A DNA stretch of 64,000 bases from an uncultured Erysipelotrichaceae bacterium (GTDB taxonomy: Bacteria; Bacillota_I; Bacilli_A; RFN20; CAG-826). The notes under the pieces are model-generated. The model did no database searches. It was not told the DNA's origin and saw nothing but the letters and a program-made list of their open reading frames with translations. This document shows, one piece after another, positions 47,212 through 57,281 of the stretch. The first letter of the stretch is position 1. Every line of letters begins with the position of its first letter. The DNA lies in contig CADAXQ010000003.1 of assembly GCA_902791935.1 (NCBI GenBank), positions 14,585 to 78,584 on the forward strand. Direction: 5' to 3'. Both the position numbers and the translations under genes were made by a program.

Positions 47212-48072
47212 ATGAAAGTTGCAATCATGACGGAACTTTTGGTTGATCGCGGAATGAGCCAAGCAGAAGCCATTCAATTTACTAGAAATTTAGGCTATGA
47301 CGGGATAGACATTTCTTTTTTTACGGCGATGAAGGATGACGATGAAATGATGAAAGGAGATTACCTTGGACACGCGAGAGAACTAAAAGAACTTTGCGAC
47401 CGAATTGGTATTGCTCCCGTTCAATGCCATACCCCCTTCCCGATTCACCGAGATGGAGACGAAGCATATAACCAAAAAATGGTCATGGTGCAAAAGAAGT
47501 GCTTAGAGATTTGCGGCGTTATGGGCATCCCCGTTGCGGTCATCCATCCATGGAATAATTGGACGCCAGAAGAAAACAAGAAATGGTATATGGAACTTTA
47601 TCCCGTTGCCGAAAAGAATCATGTCATCATAGCGACCGAAAATATGTGGAACTGGAATCAGGAAAAGAATCAAGCGGATTATGCAGCTTGTTCCACACCA
47701 GAAGATTTCCTCGCTAACGTGACGGCAATGAATCTTCCCAATTTCAAAGCGTGCGTTGATTTGGGGCATGCACATATGTTCTTCTTTGATCCGTTGGTAT
47801 CGCCAGAAAGAATGATTCGGGTTCTAGGGCATCAATACTGCGTCGCGCTTCACGTTCATGATAACATGGGGCGATTCGATACCCATCAAATCCCCTATAC
47901 TGGCACCATCGATTGGAATGAAGTCATTCGTGCTTTAAAAGAAATTCATTATCAAGGCAACCTCGTGATGGAACTATCTTTTCGGAAAGATGCGCCATTA
48001 GAGATATTAAAAGCATACTTTAAAGACGCTTACGAAGTCGGGACGTACCTTCGTAAAGCGTTAATGTCGTGA
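47212..48072 (+). CDS. sugar phosphate isomerase/epimerase (xylose-isomerase-like TIM barrel)
   Basis: 286 aa. Metal-ligand-like pattern across beta-strand ends (HTPF, AVIHPWNNW, ATENMWNW, DLGHAHMF, HVHDN) is typical of the AP-endonuclease-2 / sugar-phosphate isomerase fold. Confidence 0.6.
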   Translation: MKVAIMTELLVDRGMSQAEAIQFTRNLGYDGIDISFFTAMKDDDEMMKGDYLGHARELKELCDRIGIAPVQCHTPFPIHRDGDEAYNQKMVMVQKKCLEICGVMGIPVAVIHPWNNWTPEENKKWYMELYPVAEKNHVIIATENMWNWNQEKNQADYAACSTPEDFLANVTAMNLPNFKACVDLGHAHMFFFDPLVSPERMIRVLGHQYCVALHVHDNMGRFDTHQIPYTGTIDWNEVIRALKEIHYQGNLVMELSFRKDAPLEILKAYFKDAYEVGTYLRKALMS

Positions 48073-48113
48073 TTGTTTGCGACATGTAATTTTATCTATT
48101 TCAGTGAAAAGCG

Positions 48114-48554
48114 TTACTCTTCATCTACCAAGGCTTCGATTCTACGATTAATTTCTATAACTTTAGAAAATCTGAAGTAACACTTTAGAATTTCTGAAGC
48201 AGAGAGTGAATGACGTTTATACTCATAAAATGAAGCAACGGAAGGATTTGGATTCAATATGGCTGTTCCATTCGTTTTGCCTTCCTTGATGAAGAACTTA
48301 ACAAAAGAAAATCCTAGTCCCACAATAATGAGGCTTGCCACGATAGGAATGACAAAACTATCCTTAATCCCCATGATTTGCCTTTGGCCGATGACGATGC
48401 CTTGATAGACTACGTCTTTGCCATCTTCTCCATTCACATTCGATAATTTGACTGAGTTAACGCGGTCATAAAGACTCCACGGGTTCAATGTATATGGTTT
48501 TGAGGAAATGCCCTTTCCCTCTCCTTTTAGGTCATTATTTTTCATTTTCAACAC
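48114..48554 (-). CDS. hypothetical small membrane protein
   Basis: AT-rich 146-aa ORF with a central TM (FVIPIVASLIIVGLGFSFVKFF). Weak coding evidence. Confidence 0.3.
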   Translation of the reverse strand: MLKMKNNDLKGEGKGISSKPYTLNPWSLYDRVNSVKLSNVNGEDGKDVVYQGIVIGQRQIMGIKDSFVIPIVASLIIVGLGFSFVKFFIKEGKTNGTAILNPNPSVASFYEYKRHSLSASEILKCYFRFSKVIEINRRIEALVDEE

Positions 48555-48738
48555 CTCTCACATCATTATGACACGCTTCGATTCTAGGAAAACGACGATA
48601 TATTTGACGGTGTTTCAAAGCGGAAGGACTGGATGATTCCTTAATTATGTAAAATTTGCAGTAATACTGCATAAAATATGTAAGGCACACTGCAAAAAAT
48701 ACGAACCTTTGCTAAAATAAAGCAGCAGAAGGGATTTT

Positions 48739-49971
48739 ATGATTGAACGAACCATTCTTAACGTATTAATAGATAGTTGCAATCATTTTCCGATTGTTTT
48801 GTTAACTGGACCACGTCAAACTGGTAAAAGTACCCTACTTTATCATCGTTTAACGGATCGTTTTTCTTATATCTCACTAGACGATAGACTGGAATTGTCC
48901 GTAGCAAGAAACGATCCCCGTTCTTTCTTAGCCATCCATCCTGCCCCGTTAATCATTGATGAAGCGCAAAAAGCACCAGAGCTATTTCCTGAATTAGAAC
49001 GTATTGTGAATGAGTCTCGACTTACGCGCGGGAATCAGGAATCCAATGGGATGTATATTCTTTCTGGCTCGCAGAAGACAAAGTTATTAGAACGGGCAAC
49101 GGAATCTCTCGCGGGGCGCGTCGCCATTCTCGAAATGAATAACCTTTCTTACGATGAAATCATTCAACGGGAATGCCCTCCCTTTTCTGTCGACCCCGTG
49201 GCAGCCAATAAAAGACTGGGAAACCCATTAGACGAGAATCATCTTTTCTCTATGATTTACCGCGGATTCTTTCCCGGCCTTTATGATGACTTAGAAATGA
49301 AGTCGTCACTTTTCTACTCTAGTTACATCGCCGCCTATTTTGAAAAAGATCTTCGCGAAGAGCTACAAATCGAAAAAGAAGGCAAGTATCTTGATTTTTT
49401 AAAGATTCTTGCTTCCAATACCGGGCAAGAATTCGTCTACGACAATTATGCGAAAGAAATCGGTGTTTCGGTGAACACCATCAAGAGTTGGGTATCCGCG
49501 ACGATACGTACGGGAATCATTTACTTCGTAGAGCCCTACCATGAGACTTCTATCGTAAAACGTGTTGTAAAAAGACCAAAGATGTATTTCTTTGACACTG
49601 GTCTAGCGGCCTATCTTTGCCAAATTGATTCTCCTGTTACCTTGCAAACGAGTTTCTTACGGGGGCGGTTCTTTGAAACGTTCGTCTTTAATGAAATTCG
49701 GAAGAGCTTTTCAAGCAATGGCTTACAGCCGAATTTCTATTACTATCGCGACAGCGATCAGAATGAAGTGGATCTTGTTTTAATCGTGAACGGGGGGATG
49801 TCTCTGATGGAAATAAAAACGGGGCAGGAGTTCCATGTATCTGATGTGAAAGCATTCCGCAAACTAAGCGACACCAAGCTATTAAAGAAGAGCAATGCGA
49901 TTATTTGTAACGCTCCTAAGATTTCCGTCTTATCGGATGGAACCTATATTCTTCCAGCAACGGTGATTTGA
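48739..49971 (+). CDS. AAA+ ATPase, AAA_14 + DUF4143 family
   Basis: Walker A GPRQTGKST, Walker B LIIDEAQ, C-terminal YFFDTGL block typical of DUF4143. Confidence 0.7.
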   Translation: MIERTILNVLIDSCNHFPIVLLTGPRQTGKSTLLYHRLTDRFSYISLDDRLELSVARNDPRSFLAIHPAPLIIDEAQKAPELFPELERIVNESRLTRGNQESNGMYILSGSQKTKLLERATESLAGRVAILEMNNLSYDEIIQRECPPFSVDPVAANKRLGNPLDENHLFSMIYRGFFPGLYDDLEMKSSLFYSSYIAAYFEKDLREELQIEKEGKYLDFLKILASNTGQEFVYDNYAKEIGVSVNTIKSWVSATIRTGIIYFVEPYHETSIVKRVVKRPKMYFFDTGLAAYLCQIDSPVTLQTSFLRGRFFETFVFNEIRKSFSSNGLQPNFYYYRDSDQNEVDLVLIVNGGMSLMEIKTGQEFHVSDVKAFRKLSDTKLLKKSNAIICNAPKISVLSDGTYILPATVI

Positions 49972-50134
49972 GAACATAGCTTGACATAGAAAAAAGCCAT
50001 GATCCGGAAGGGGTTTATCGATTCTCCTTTAGACATGGCTTATTCGTTTAAGAGTTCTAATCGATTCAATCTCAACGAAACGTGATACAGTTCAATCCGT
50101 TCGCGTGGTGAAGACAAGAATCAAAGGGTAGAAA

Positions 50135-51148
50135 TTACATCTGTCCGTCTGGTGCCCAAGGCTTCACATCCTTGACGGCATCAGCTGGATAAATTCTGGT
50201 GTCTTCGTGATCGGCATCTAACAAGACATAACGGTCGTTGCCCATGCCGAGTTCTTTCATATAGGATAGTTGACGTAAACCATGGCGGGTTTCCATCCGT
50301 TCCACCAAAGCTTTCTTTTCGGCTGGCTTCATCGCATAGATAAGGTCAACGGAGGCTTGATCGATGGCTAAGATATCGGTAGAGGCTAAGATACCCACGT
50401 TTGGTGTGACTACGGGTTCAGCTGCCACACCTTCGCAATCGCAAGAAACGGACATATTACGCATGACATTGATGAAGGTAATGTGCTTGCCAAAGAAATC
50501 GCAGGTTGCTTTGCTACTTTCGGAGATGCGCTCCATCAGCTCTTCTTCGTTGATATTCCAAGGATTAGAGCTGCCTGGCGTCGTATGAATCATGGCTTTC
50601 CCGATTCTTCCGTCCGCGCAACCGATGCCGATGTTTTTGTTGGATCCACCGAATCCGCCCATCGTATGGCCTTTGAAGTGGGTTAACACCAACAAGGAAT
50701 CATAGTTCACCATGTGGGAACCAACGGACATTTCCGTGAACCACTTGCCACCTTTTACCGGCAACATGGTCGTTCCTTCTTCATCCATGATATCAACGGG
50801 GGCAAACGTCCAACCATTGACTTCCAAGGTTTTGCGATGCTTTTCCGTGGTATAACGATCCCCATCGTAATAGGTATTGGTTTCTACAATATGAGCGTCA
50901 GGCAAATCTTTTTCCATCAACGCCTTCACCCAAGACCGAGGAACGATATTGGGACCATGTTGTTCGCCGGTATGGACTTTGATACCGACATTTCCCACTA
51001 TGTTGCCATTCACCTTCTCATAAAGCTTAATCAAGCCTTTTGGTGATAAATCACGCGTGAAATAGACAATCGATTCGTTTCCTTTTCGTTCGGCATAAGG
51101 AACATAACGTTCCCCGTTTTTACCTGCCACTGGTTTCTTTGCATTCAT
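50135..51148 (-). CDS. DUF362-domain protein (possible Fe-S-binding)
   Basis: THFKGHTMGGFGGSNKNIGIGCADGRIGK matches the DUF362 core (HxKxH...GFGGxxKNxGMGC). CDCEG Cys cluster. Confidence 0.5.
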   Translation of the reverse strand: MNAKKPVAGKNGERYVPYAERKGNESIVYFTRDLSPKGLIKLYEKVNGNIVGNVGIKVHTGEQHGPNIVPRSWVKALMEKDLPDAHIVETNTYYDGDRYTTEKHRKTLEVNGWTFAPVDIMDEEGTTMLPVKGGKWFTEMSVGSHMVNYDSLLVLTHFKGHTMGGFGGSNKNIGIGCADGRIGKAMIHTTPGSSNPWNINEEELMERISESSKATCDFFGKHITFINVMRNMSVSCDCEGVAAEPVVTPNVGILASTDILAIDQASVDLIYAMKPAEKKALVERMETRHGLRQLSYMKELGMGNDRYVLLDADHEDTRIYPADAVKDVKPWAPDGQM

Positions 51149-51385
51149 TGGATTTGCCCTCCTGCGCCCTTAAATATACGCTCTTCTTTTTAGCTTGGTG
51201 CAAAGTTTGCTTGTTCAAGCCATAAATTAAAAATAACCGCCTTTCTTTCACTGATACATTTCGTAGGAGAAGACACTTCCTTTTTAAAAGAGACAAAGAG
51301 TGCCTATTTTTTCAGGCATATCTTTTTCGTTCTTATTCGGGGTAAAATGATAACAAGATTCATTTTGTGAACAAGGAGAATTTTC

Positions 51386-52240
51386 ATGAAAACAACATTG
51401 GTTGTTATGGCGGCAGGAATGGGGAGCCGTTTTGGTGGTTTAAAACAAGCCACCCCCATTACGCCGGATGGACGTTGCTTATTAGATTTTTCAGTTTATG
51501 ATGCCAAGCAAGCAGGCTTTGATGATGTGATTTTTATCATTCGCGAAGAAATTGAAGCCGACTTTAAACGTTTGGTTGGAGACCGTATCGCTTCGTGGAT
51601 TCCTACCCAATACGTATTGCAAGACATGTCGTTACTGCCAGAAGGAAGAAAGAAACCATTTGGCACGGCGCAAGCTATTCTTTGCTGCAAGAACTTAATC
51701 CACAATCCCTTTGCCGTCATCAATGCGGACGATTACTACGGCAAAGAAGCCTATGTGATTTTGCATCAACATCTCGTAAACGCCAAAGCAGGGGAATACT
51801 GCATGGTTTCCTATGAGTTCGCCAAGACCAGTTCCAAGAACGGATCAGTGAACCGCGGTGTTTGCTCCATTAAAGACGGATATCTTCAACAAGTCATTGA
51901 AACCATCGACATTCAATACGACGGCACCTATGAAGTGAACGGGACTGTGCATCAATTAAGCCCCGATACTCCCGTCTCCATGAATATTTGGGGATTAACG
52001 CCAGACGTGTTCTCTTTCATTGAGAAGAAGTATGACGAATTCTTAAAGAACGCCAACTTGATGAAGGATGAATTCTATATTCCAAAAGTCATGGAACAAG
52101 CCTTAGAAGAGAAGGTTGCTTCGATTCGGGTTTATACCGATACCGATCAATGGTATGGCATGACCTATCAAGCTGACTTAGCAGAAGTGCGGCAGGCGTT
52201 AAATGCCTACGTAGCGGAAGGGCGTTACCCAGGTATTTGA
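51386..52240 (+). CDS. sugar-phosphate nucleotidyltransferase (NTP_transferase superfamily)
   Basis: N-terminal MAAGMGSRFGGLKQ glycine-rich NTP-binding motif. 284 aa. Confidence 0.55.
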   Translation: MKTTLVVMAAGMGSRFGGLKQATPITPDGRCLLDFSVYDAKQAGFDDVIFIIREEIEADFKRLVGDRIASWIPTQYVLQDMSLLPEGRKKPFGTAQAILCCKNLIHNPFAVINADDYYGKEAYVILHQHLVNAKAGEYCMVSYEFAKTSSKNGSVNRGVCSIKDGYLQQVIETIDIQYDGTYEVNGTVHQLSPDTPVSMNIWGLTPDVFSFIEKKYDEFLKNANLMKDEFYIPKVMEQALEEKVASIRVYTDTDQWYGMTYQADLAEVRQALNAYVAEGRYPGI

Positions 52241-52243
52241 TGA

Positions 52244-54298
52244 ATGACGAAACCAGTTTGTCTTAGCCCTGTTGTCAACAATACTACGAACCTTCTTTTC
52301 GAAGGGACCGTTATCCTTCCGAAAGGAGCTTGTCTTTTGCGCTTGGTCGCAGGACCTTTGTTTGAGGTAATCCTCGAGCATCGTCTTTTGGCGTATGGCC
52401 CATGCCGCGCCCCGAAAGGTTTCGCGCGAGAATGCGAGATTCCATTGGATTCTAAGAAGGCAGGCAAAGCCTTAATCATTCGTATCTTGTCTTATGGCTT
52501 TCCTGCAGGGGAAGTGGATTCTTTCGAACCCTATTGCGAAGCTGAGATTTACGATAAGGATCATCACCTTTTGATGGACACCAGCAATTTCTCGTTCTCC
52601 TTGGTTCCTGACTATCTCCGACGTAGCAGCCGTTATTCTTATCGCCGCGGGTTCGTGGAACGTTATGACGAGCGGAAGACGGAACGCGTTCCTTTGCCGA
52701 TGAAAGCGATAGATGCCCCCGTTATTTTGGGTTCATTCAATTCCACTCGTATTGAAATCGCAGAGCCGATTTCTAGCACAGGGCCCCTGCCTTTTGCTGG
52801 TTTTGAAAGCGATGCCGGCCCCGGTTTATGTGGCGACCCTTTGTTTAAGGACGTGAACCGTTTTGACGTCACGAAAGAATTCTTAGATGTCGTAAAGACA
52901 GGATACTCCTACGAAGAATGGGATTACGGCGTGGACGAAGCCGGAATCTTTTCCCTCGACTTTGATACCGAAGAAGAGCAAGACGTCTTCTTAGTCTTTG
53001 AAGAAGCGAAAATCAAAGGTGAATGGCAATTTAGACGGAGCGGTGCCCAAGATTTAATCACGATTCATTTGAAAGCAGGCAAGACTCATTTCCTTTCGGC
53101 TGCTCCCTATTGCTTCCGTTTTGTTCGTTTATTGTTCTCCCAGCCTTTATCCGTTCATTTATCGATCTATCGCGTTGCCAATCAGGATATCTTGCCTTAT
53201 CGGGAAGATTCGGATCCCGTTGTTTCCAATATCCAAAAAGCGGCAAGAAGGTCTTTTGCCGAGAACGCTTATGACATCCTTACCGATTGCCCAGGAAGAG
53301 AAAGAACGGGTTGGCTTTGTGATTCCTTCTTCACGGGTCGTTCCGAAAGTCATTTCACCGGCAAAGCCGATCGAGAACACGACTTCTTAGAAAACTTTAT
53401 CGTCGGGACGGCGGAGGAGATTGCGCCCGGCATGATCCCTATGTGCTTCCCTTCCGAAGAAATTACCCAGATGTATATTCCCAACTGGGCGATGTGGTTT
53501 GTGCTTGAAATGGAAGACTATGCGAAACGGACAGGCGACCGTAGTTTAATTGAGAAAAGCCAGGAAAAAATCAAAAATCTATTGGATTTCTTGTCTCGTT
53601 TTGAAAATGAATGGGGTCTATTAGAAGATTTAGGTTCCTCCATATGGGATATTTTCCAACATCGCGCGAAAGACCCCCACGCATGGTTGTTTATCGAGTG
53701 GAGCAATGCCGCTTCTTACGTTAACGGAGTATCGTTCCCGACAAACATGCTTTATGCGGCTACCTTAGAAGCGTATGGCCGTATGTATCATGACGTGGCA
53801 TGTCTAACGAAAGCCATGAAGATTCGGCAAAAGATTCAAGAAGTATCTTTCTTTGACCGTTTCTATCACGACCACGCTTTGCGTGACGGAAATGGAAGCT
53901 TAAAAACAGTCCCTGATCACATCAGCGAGGCCTGTCAGTATTACGCGCTCTTCTTCGGCTTCGATGGGGATGCAGGCTATTTTGAACGAGTCAAAAACGA
54001 GCTTGGCCCGTTTGGCAAGCATCAAGAGAAGATCGACCCCTGCGCTCCGTTTATTGGCTTCTTGCTTCGGCTAGAAGTATTGCACGAACATGGGGCAATA
54101 GAAGAACTACGCCGTGAGGCAAAGGCAAAATATGGTCCTATGGCCGAAATCACCGGTACCTTGTGGGAGACCTTTGAAATCACAAACTCCTTGAATCACG
54201 CCGTATCTTCTTATGTTGGCGTGTTGTTAGAAACACCGGCACCAACGAAGGCAACAGAAAAAGCCCCTTCGTCAGGAAGAGGCCTTTCAACACATTAG
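52244..54298 (+). CDS. six-hairpin (alpha/alpha)6 glycoside hydrolase, GH78 alpha-L-rhamnosidase-like, cytoplasmic
   Basis: TDCPGRERTGWLCD matches the GH78 DCPxRE(R/K)xGWxGD motif. 684 aa, no signal peptide. Starts 4 nt after the nucleotidyltransferase stop. Confidence 0.5.
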   Translation: MTKPVCLSPVVNNTTNLLFEGTVILPKGACLLRLVAGPLFEVILEHRLLAYGPCRAPKGFARECEIPLDSKKAGKALIIRILSYGFPAGEVDSFEPYCEAEIYDKDHHLLMDTSNFSFSLVPDYLRRSSRYSYRRGFVERYDERKTERVPLPMKAIDAPVILGSFNSTRIEIAEPISSTGPLPFAGFESDAGPGLCGDPLFKDVNRFDVTKEFLDVVKTGYSYEEWDYGVDEAGIFSLDFDTEEEQDVFLVFEEAKIKGEWQFRRSGAQDLITIHLKAGKTHFLSAAPYCFRFVRLLFSQPLSVHLSIYRVANQDILPYREDSDPVVSNIQKAARRSFAENAYDILTDCPGRERTGWLCDSFFTGRSESHFTGKADREHDFLENFIVGTAEEIAPGMIPMCFPSEEITQMYIPNWAMWFVLEMEDYAKRTGDRSLIEKSQEKIKNLLDFLSRFENEWGLLEDLGSSIWDIFQHRAKDPHAWLFIEWSNAASYVNGVSFPTNMLYAATLEAYGRMYHDVACLTKAMKIRQKIQEVSFFDRFYHDHALRDGNGSLKTVPDHISEACQYYALFFGFDGDAGYFERVKNELGPFGKHQEKIDPCAPFIGFLLRLEVLHEHGAIEELRREAKAKYGPMAEITGTLWETFEITNSLNHAVSSYVGVLLETPAPTKATEKAPSSGRGLSTH

Positions 54299-56772
54299 TC
54301 GATGACTTTGATATCCAGTGAATTCGGAAGTTCTTTCAGTAAGAAACTTGGAGCGTCGTTTTGGGCCGCGCCGTTAACCAGGTATACCCGTTTCGCGTTC
54401 CCGTGGTTTTCATAAGTGAGATGAATCACGGACTTTCGTAATGGGATATCGGCTTGGAAAGAATCGAGCGGTTGGTTCTTAGCGGGCGCAATTGTCGCGG
54501 ACTCTAAGTTCAGATGGCAGCCGAAGATTTCTTCGAATAGCACTTTGATAAGAACTGTAACGGACCCGGTAAACCAGTCATTCATCGATTCTCCATCAAT
54601 ACCCATTTCATCGTTATGCATGTAGGAATTGCTCATGACAAACGGAGAAGTGGTGATTTTTTGATGGGTGAAGGGAAGCGCTTTGGCGAGTTCTTCGTAG
54701 GCAAGCTTGACTTCGCCCATTTGGAACAATGACCAAATCGCAAACAATGAGGCATGGACGTACACCGAGCCATTTTCGGCGGTGCCGATGGGTAAACGGT
54801 TAATCCGGCCAACCATTTTGTTCTCCGGTCCAAAGCCCGGGATAAAGGTCTTTAAGCCATACTTGCTATCAAGGCGTTTATACGCGCCAAGGATGGTCTC
54901 TTTCAAAGACGGATCCTTGTCTAACATGCCGCCAAGTACCCAGCAGGCATTCACCATTAAGGAATCGCGTGACTTGTCATCCGCATCTTGGAAGGAACCG
55001 ACAAATTCTTTACGGCCATCATTCCAGCCATGGAGGATTTTTCGTTCGCCTAAGGCGTTTTTCGTGACGCCATAACGAAGCAGGCTTTCTTCTAATTTCT
55101 TGGCCTCTTCTTCGTAATGGTTTGCCTTTTCTAGCGATATGCCAAGATGACGTAAGATTTCCGTCATTTCACGGAAGTTGCGGAGCAAGCCCAAAGAAGC
55201 CATGACGGAGACGCCGCTACCAAAAGACTTTTTGGGATCTGGCGAGGCACCAAGTCCATCGACGGCATCGTTCCAGTCCCCATAAAGAATGTGCAAGCAA
55301 CCAGTATCTTTATCGAGGTTAGATTCCAAGAAGTTTAGAATCGCATCTAAGTGGTCTAACACGCTGTCTTTCCGTTTTGAGAAAGACATCTTGTCACCTT
55401 CGAAGTGATAATAACCTGCCGTTTCGTTTAACAAAGCATAGTCGCCCGTGATGGTGAGATAACGATAGAAGGCTTCAATAATCCATTCCCCTTGGTCGAT
55501 GTATTCGCGTAAATCCATTGCCGGTAAGGTATTTTCATCCGGTGGGAACGAATATTGCCGTGGGCACCGGCCATCATCGCTGATGAAGTTCAAGCCTTCC
55601 AAAAGCTTTTTACGGCATTTCTCCGGTTCAATCCAAGAGAACGATTCGAGTTGCTGATAAACGTCACGCGTTCCTTCAAAAGGACCCGCATAGTTTTTAG
55701 CAGTCGCCACGAATTCGTTTTGGTAAAGCGCGGAATCTAAGAAGCGGGCGAATGTTTCGTCTTTTCCTTGGAATGGTTCTTTCCAACCTTGGAAGGAAAG
55801 ATGAAGGTTATGCCGTTTGGCGGCCGACTCTTTTTCTTCGCGGACCGCATAAGCTTTATCGGCTGCTTCTAAGGCATCATCCTCACTTAATGGAGCAGTG
55901 CCCATTTCGTAAGACAAAGCGAAAGAATCGTGGGGTTTTAACGTGGTTTTTGCGATTTCTCCTAACGCGGCATCATCAATAAACCGCGTATAGGAACGGT
56001 TTTTTGGAAAGTAGCCTTTCCGTAAAGGGCCAGATACCGAAAGTGATTGATTGCCATTGCCACAGTACAAGGCACGTCCGGTGGTTTGTTCTAATTTGCC
56101 TTCGACATGAGTCTTCACGAATAAGTCGTGTTCGAGACATTCGGTGCGGCTACGATACTCGGTGACATGGAAACGATAACCGTTAGGAGTGGTTTCAAGG
56201 CTCTTGTACCAACGATCTTCAAATCCTTCGAAATCCCGATAACGAAGTAACGGGCAGAAGTAGGAAGAAAGATAGACGTTCTTCTCTTCTTCCGTTTGGT
56301 TCTCGGCATATAAAGAGAACTGCAGATGCTTGTCAGTATCAACAAAGGCACGAAGCACGGCGATAACGCCATCCTTCTCTAAGAAATAGAAGGCCGCTTC
56401 CGGCGTATAGATCAGATAACGAGAAACAGTTCCTTCGTCATAGGTACGGCCAACGCCGGTAATCGATAACGGAAGATACTCCTCTCCTTTTTTGACCCCT
56501 AAGAAGAAAGCAATGTATGGTTCTCTGCCATAGGTACTGTCTAAAAAGAAGTTGAACGTGCTTTCTTGGACAGAAATGTTGCCTGAAGAATACGCCCATA
56601 AGGTAAGGCCATCTTCGGCGTAAGGATGACGGGCATCGCCGTCATGATCGTTTTCCATCAACACAACATTTGTATCTAAAAACGTTGCGCCCGAAGGAAG
56701 ATGAGCATTCTTTTTCGGATGCTTCTTTAAATCCAACAAGGCGTGGATTTGTTCCGCCAGTGTGTTTTTCAT
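54295..56772 (-). CDS. large (alpha/alpha)6-barrel glycoside hydrolase / glycoside phosphorylase-like protein (GH94/GH65-like)
   Basis: 825 aa. The YGDWNDAVDGLG block resembles the catalytic-acid region of GH94-type barrels. N-terminal beta-sandwich. No signal peptide. Confidence 0.4.
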   Translation of the reverse strand: MKNTLAEQIHALLDLKKHPKKNAHLPSGATFLDTNVVLMENDHDGDARHPYAEDGLTLWAYSSGNISVQESTFNFFLDSTYGREPYIAFFLGVKKGEEYLPLSITGVGRTYDEGTVSRYLIYTPEAAFYFLEKDGVIAVLRAFVDTDKHLQFSLYAENQTEEEKNVYLSSYFCPLLRYRDFEGFEDRWYKSLETTPNGYRFHVTEYRSRTECLEHDLFVKTHVEGKLEQTTGRALYCGNGNQSLSVSGPLRKGYFPKNRSYTRFIDDAALGEIAKTTLKPHDSFALSYEMGTAPLSEDDALEAADKAYAVREEKESAAKRHNLHLSFQGWKEPFQGKDETFARFLDSALYQNEFVATAKNYAGPFEGTRDVYQQLESFSWIEPEKCRKKLLEGLNFISDDGRCPRQYSFPPDENTLPAMDLREYIDQGEWIIEAFYRYLTITGDYALLNETAGYYHFEGDKMSFSKRKDSVLDHLDAILNFLESNLDKDTGCLHILYGDWNDAVDGLGASPDPKKSFGSGVSVMASLGLLRNFREMTEILRHLGISLEKANHYEEEAKKLEESLLRYGVTKNALGERKILHGWNDGRKEFVGSFQDADDKSRDSLMVNACWVLGGMLDKDPSLKETILGAYKRLDSKYGLKTFIPGFGPENKMVGRINRLPIGTAENGSVYVHASLFAIWSLFQMGEVKLAYEELAKALPFTHQKITTSPFVMSNSYMHNDEMGIDGESMNDWFTGSVTVLIKVLFEEIFGCHLNLESATIAPAKNQPLDSFQADIPLRKSVIHLTYENHGNAKRVYLVNGAAQNDAPSFLLKELPNSLDIKVID

Positions 56773-56781
56773 GAACGATAT

Positions 56782-57207
56782 TTATTTATGGACGACGCCT
56801 TTTTTCAAAATGATATTGGCGTAAATGGCAGTTTCAGAGGTTTGAACAATCGCGTAGGCTTTCTTGGCGCGTTCATAGAAGGCATATCGTTCAATCTTTT
56901 CGATATGCACGTTCGGATCATGTTGATTCGCGATATCTTCGTATTCTTTCCAAATGGTTGGCGTAGGATCACCATTCGTGGTTTCCATCAACATAAAGTT
57001 GCTCGGCGCATAGGTGTCTAACGGAATGACCGTCAAAATGGCATCCAAGATTTCTTTGCCACCTAAGCCATCCGCCCGAATCACTTTCGGGCCAAGGTTA
57101 CCCGACGGAAAGTTACCATCTCCGATGACGATTTCATCGCCATGCCCCATTTCATCGAGCACTTTTAAGAGCTCAGGGCTTAACGCTACAGGAATATTTT
57201 TTAACAT
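56782..57207 (-). CDS. RbsD/FucU-family sugar mutarotase (D-ribose pyranase / L-fucose mutarotase)
   Basis: 141 aa. HGDEIVIGDGNFP and C-terminal YANIILKKGV match the RbsD/FucU fold. Directly upstream of the GH on the same strand. Confidence 0.75.
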   Translation of the reverse strand: MLKNIPVALSPELLKVLDEMGHGDEIVIGDGNFPSGNLGPKVIRADGLGGKEILDAILTVIPLDTYAPSNFMLMETTNGDPTPTIWKEYEDIANQHDPNVHIEKIERYAFYERAKKAYAIVQTSETAIYANIILKKGVVHK

Positions 57208-57281
57208 GATATTTACCTCTTTAATAAGGATACCTTGTTTCTCTTAAAAAAGAGGCAAAGATTTAGTTTTCAGGATAAGAT

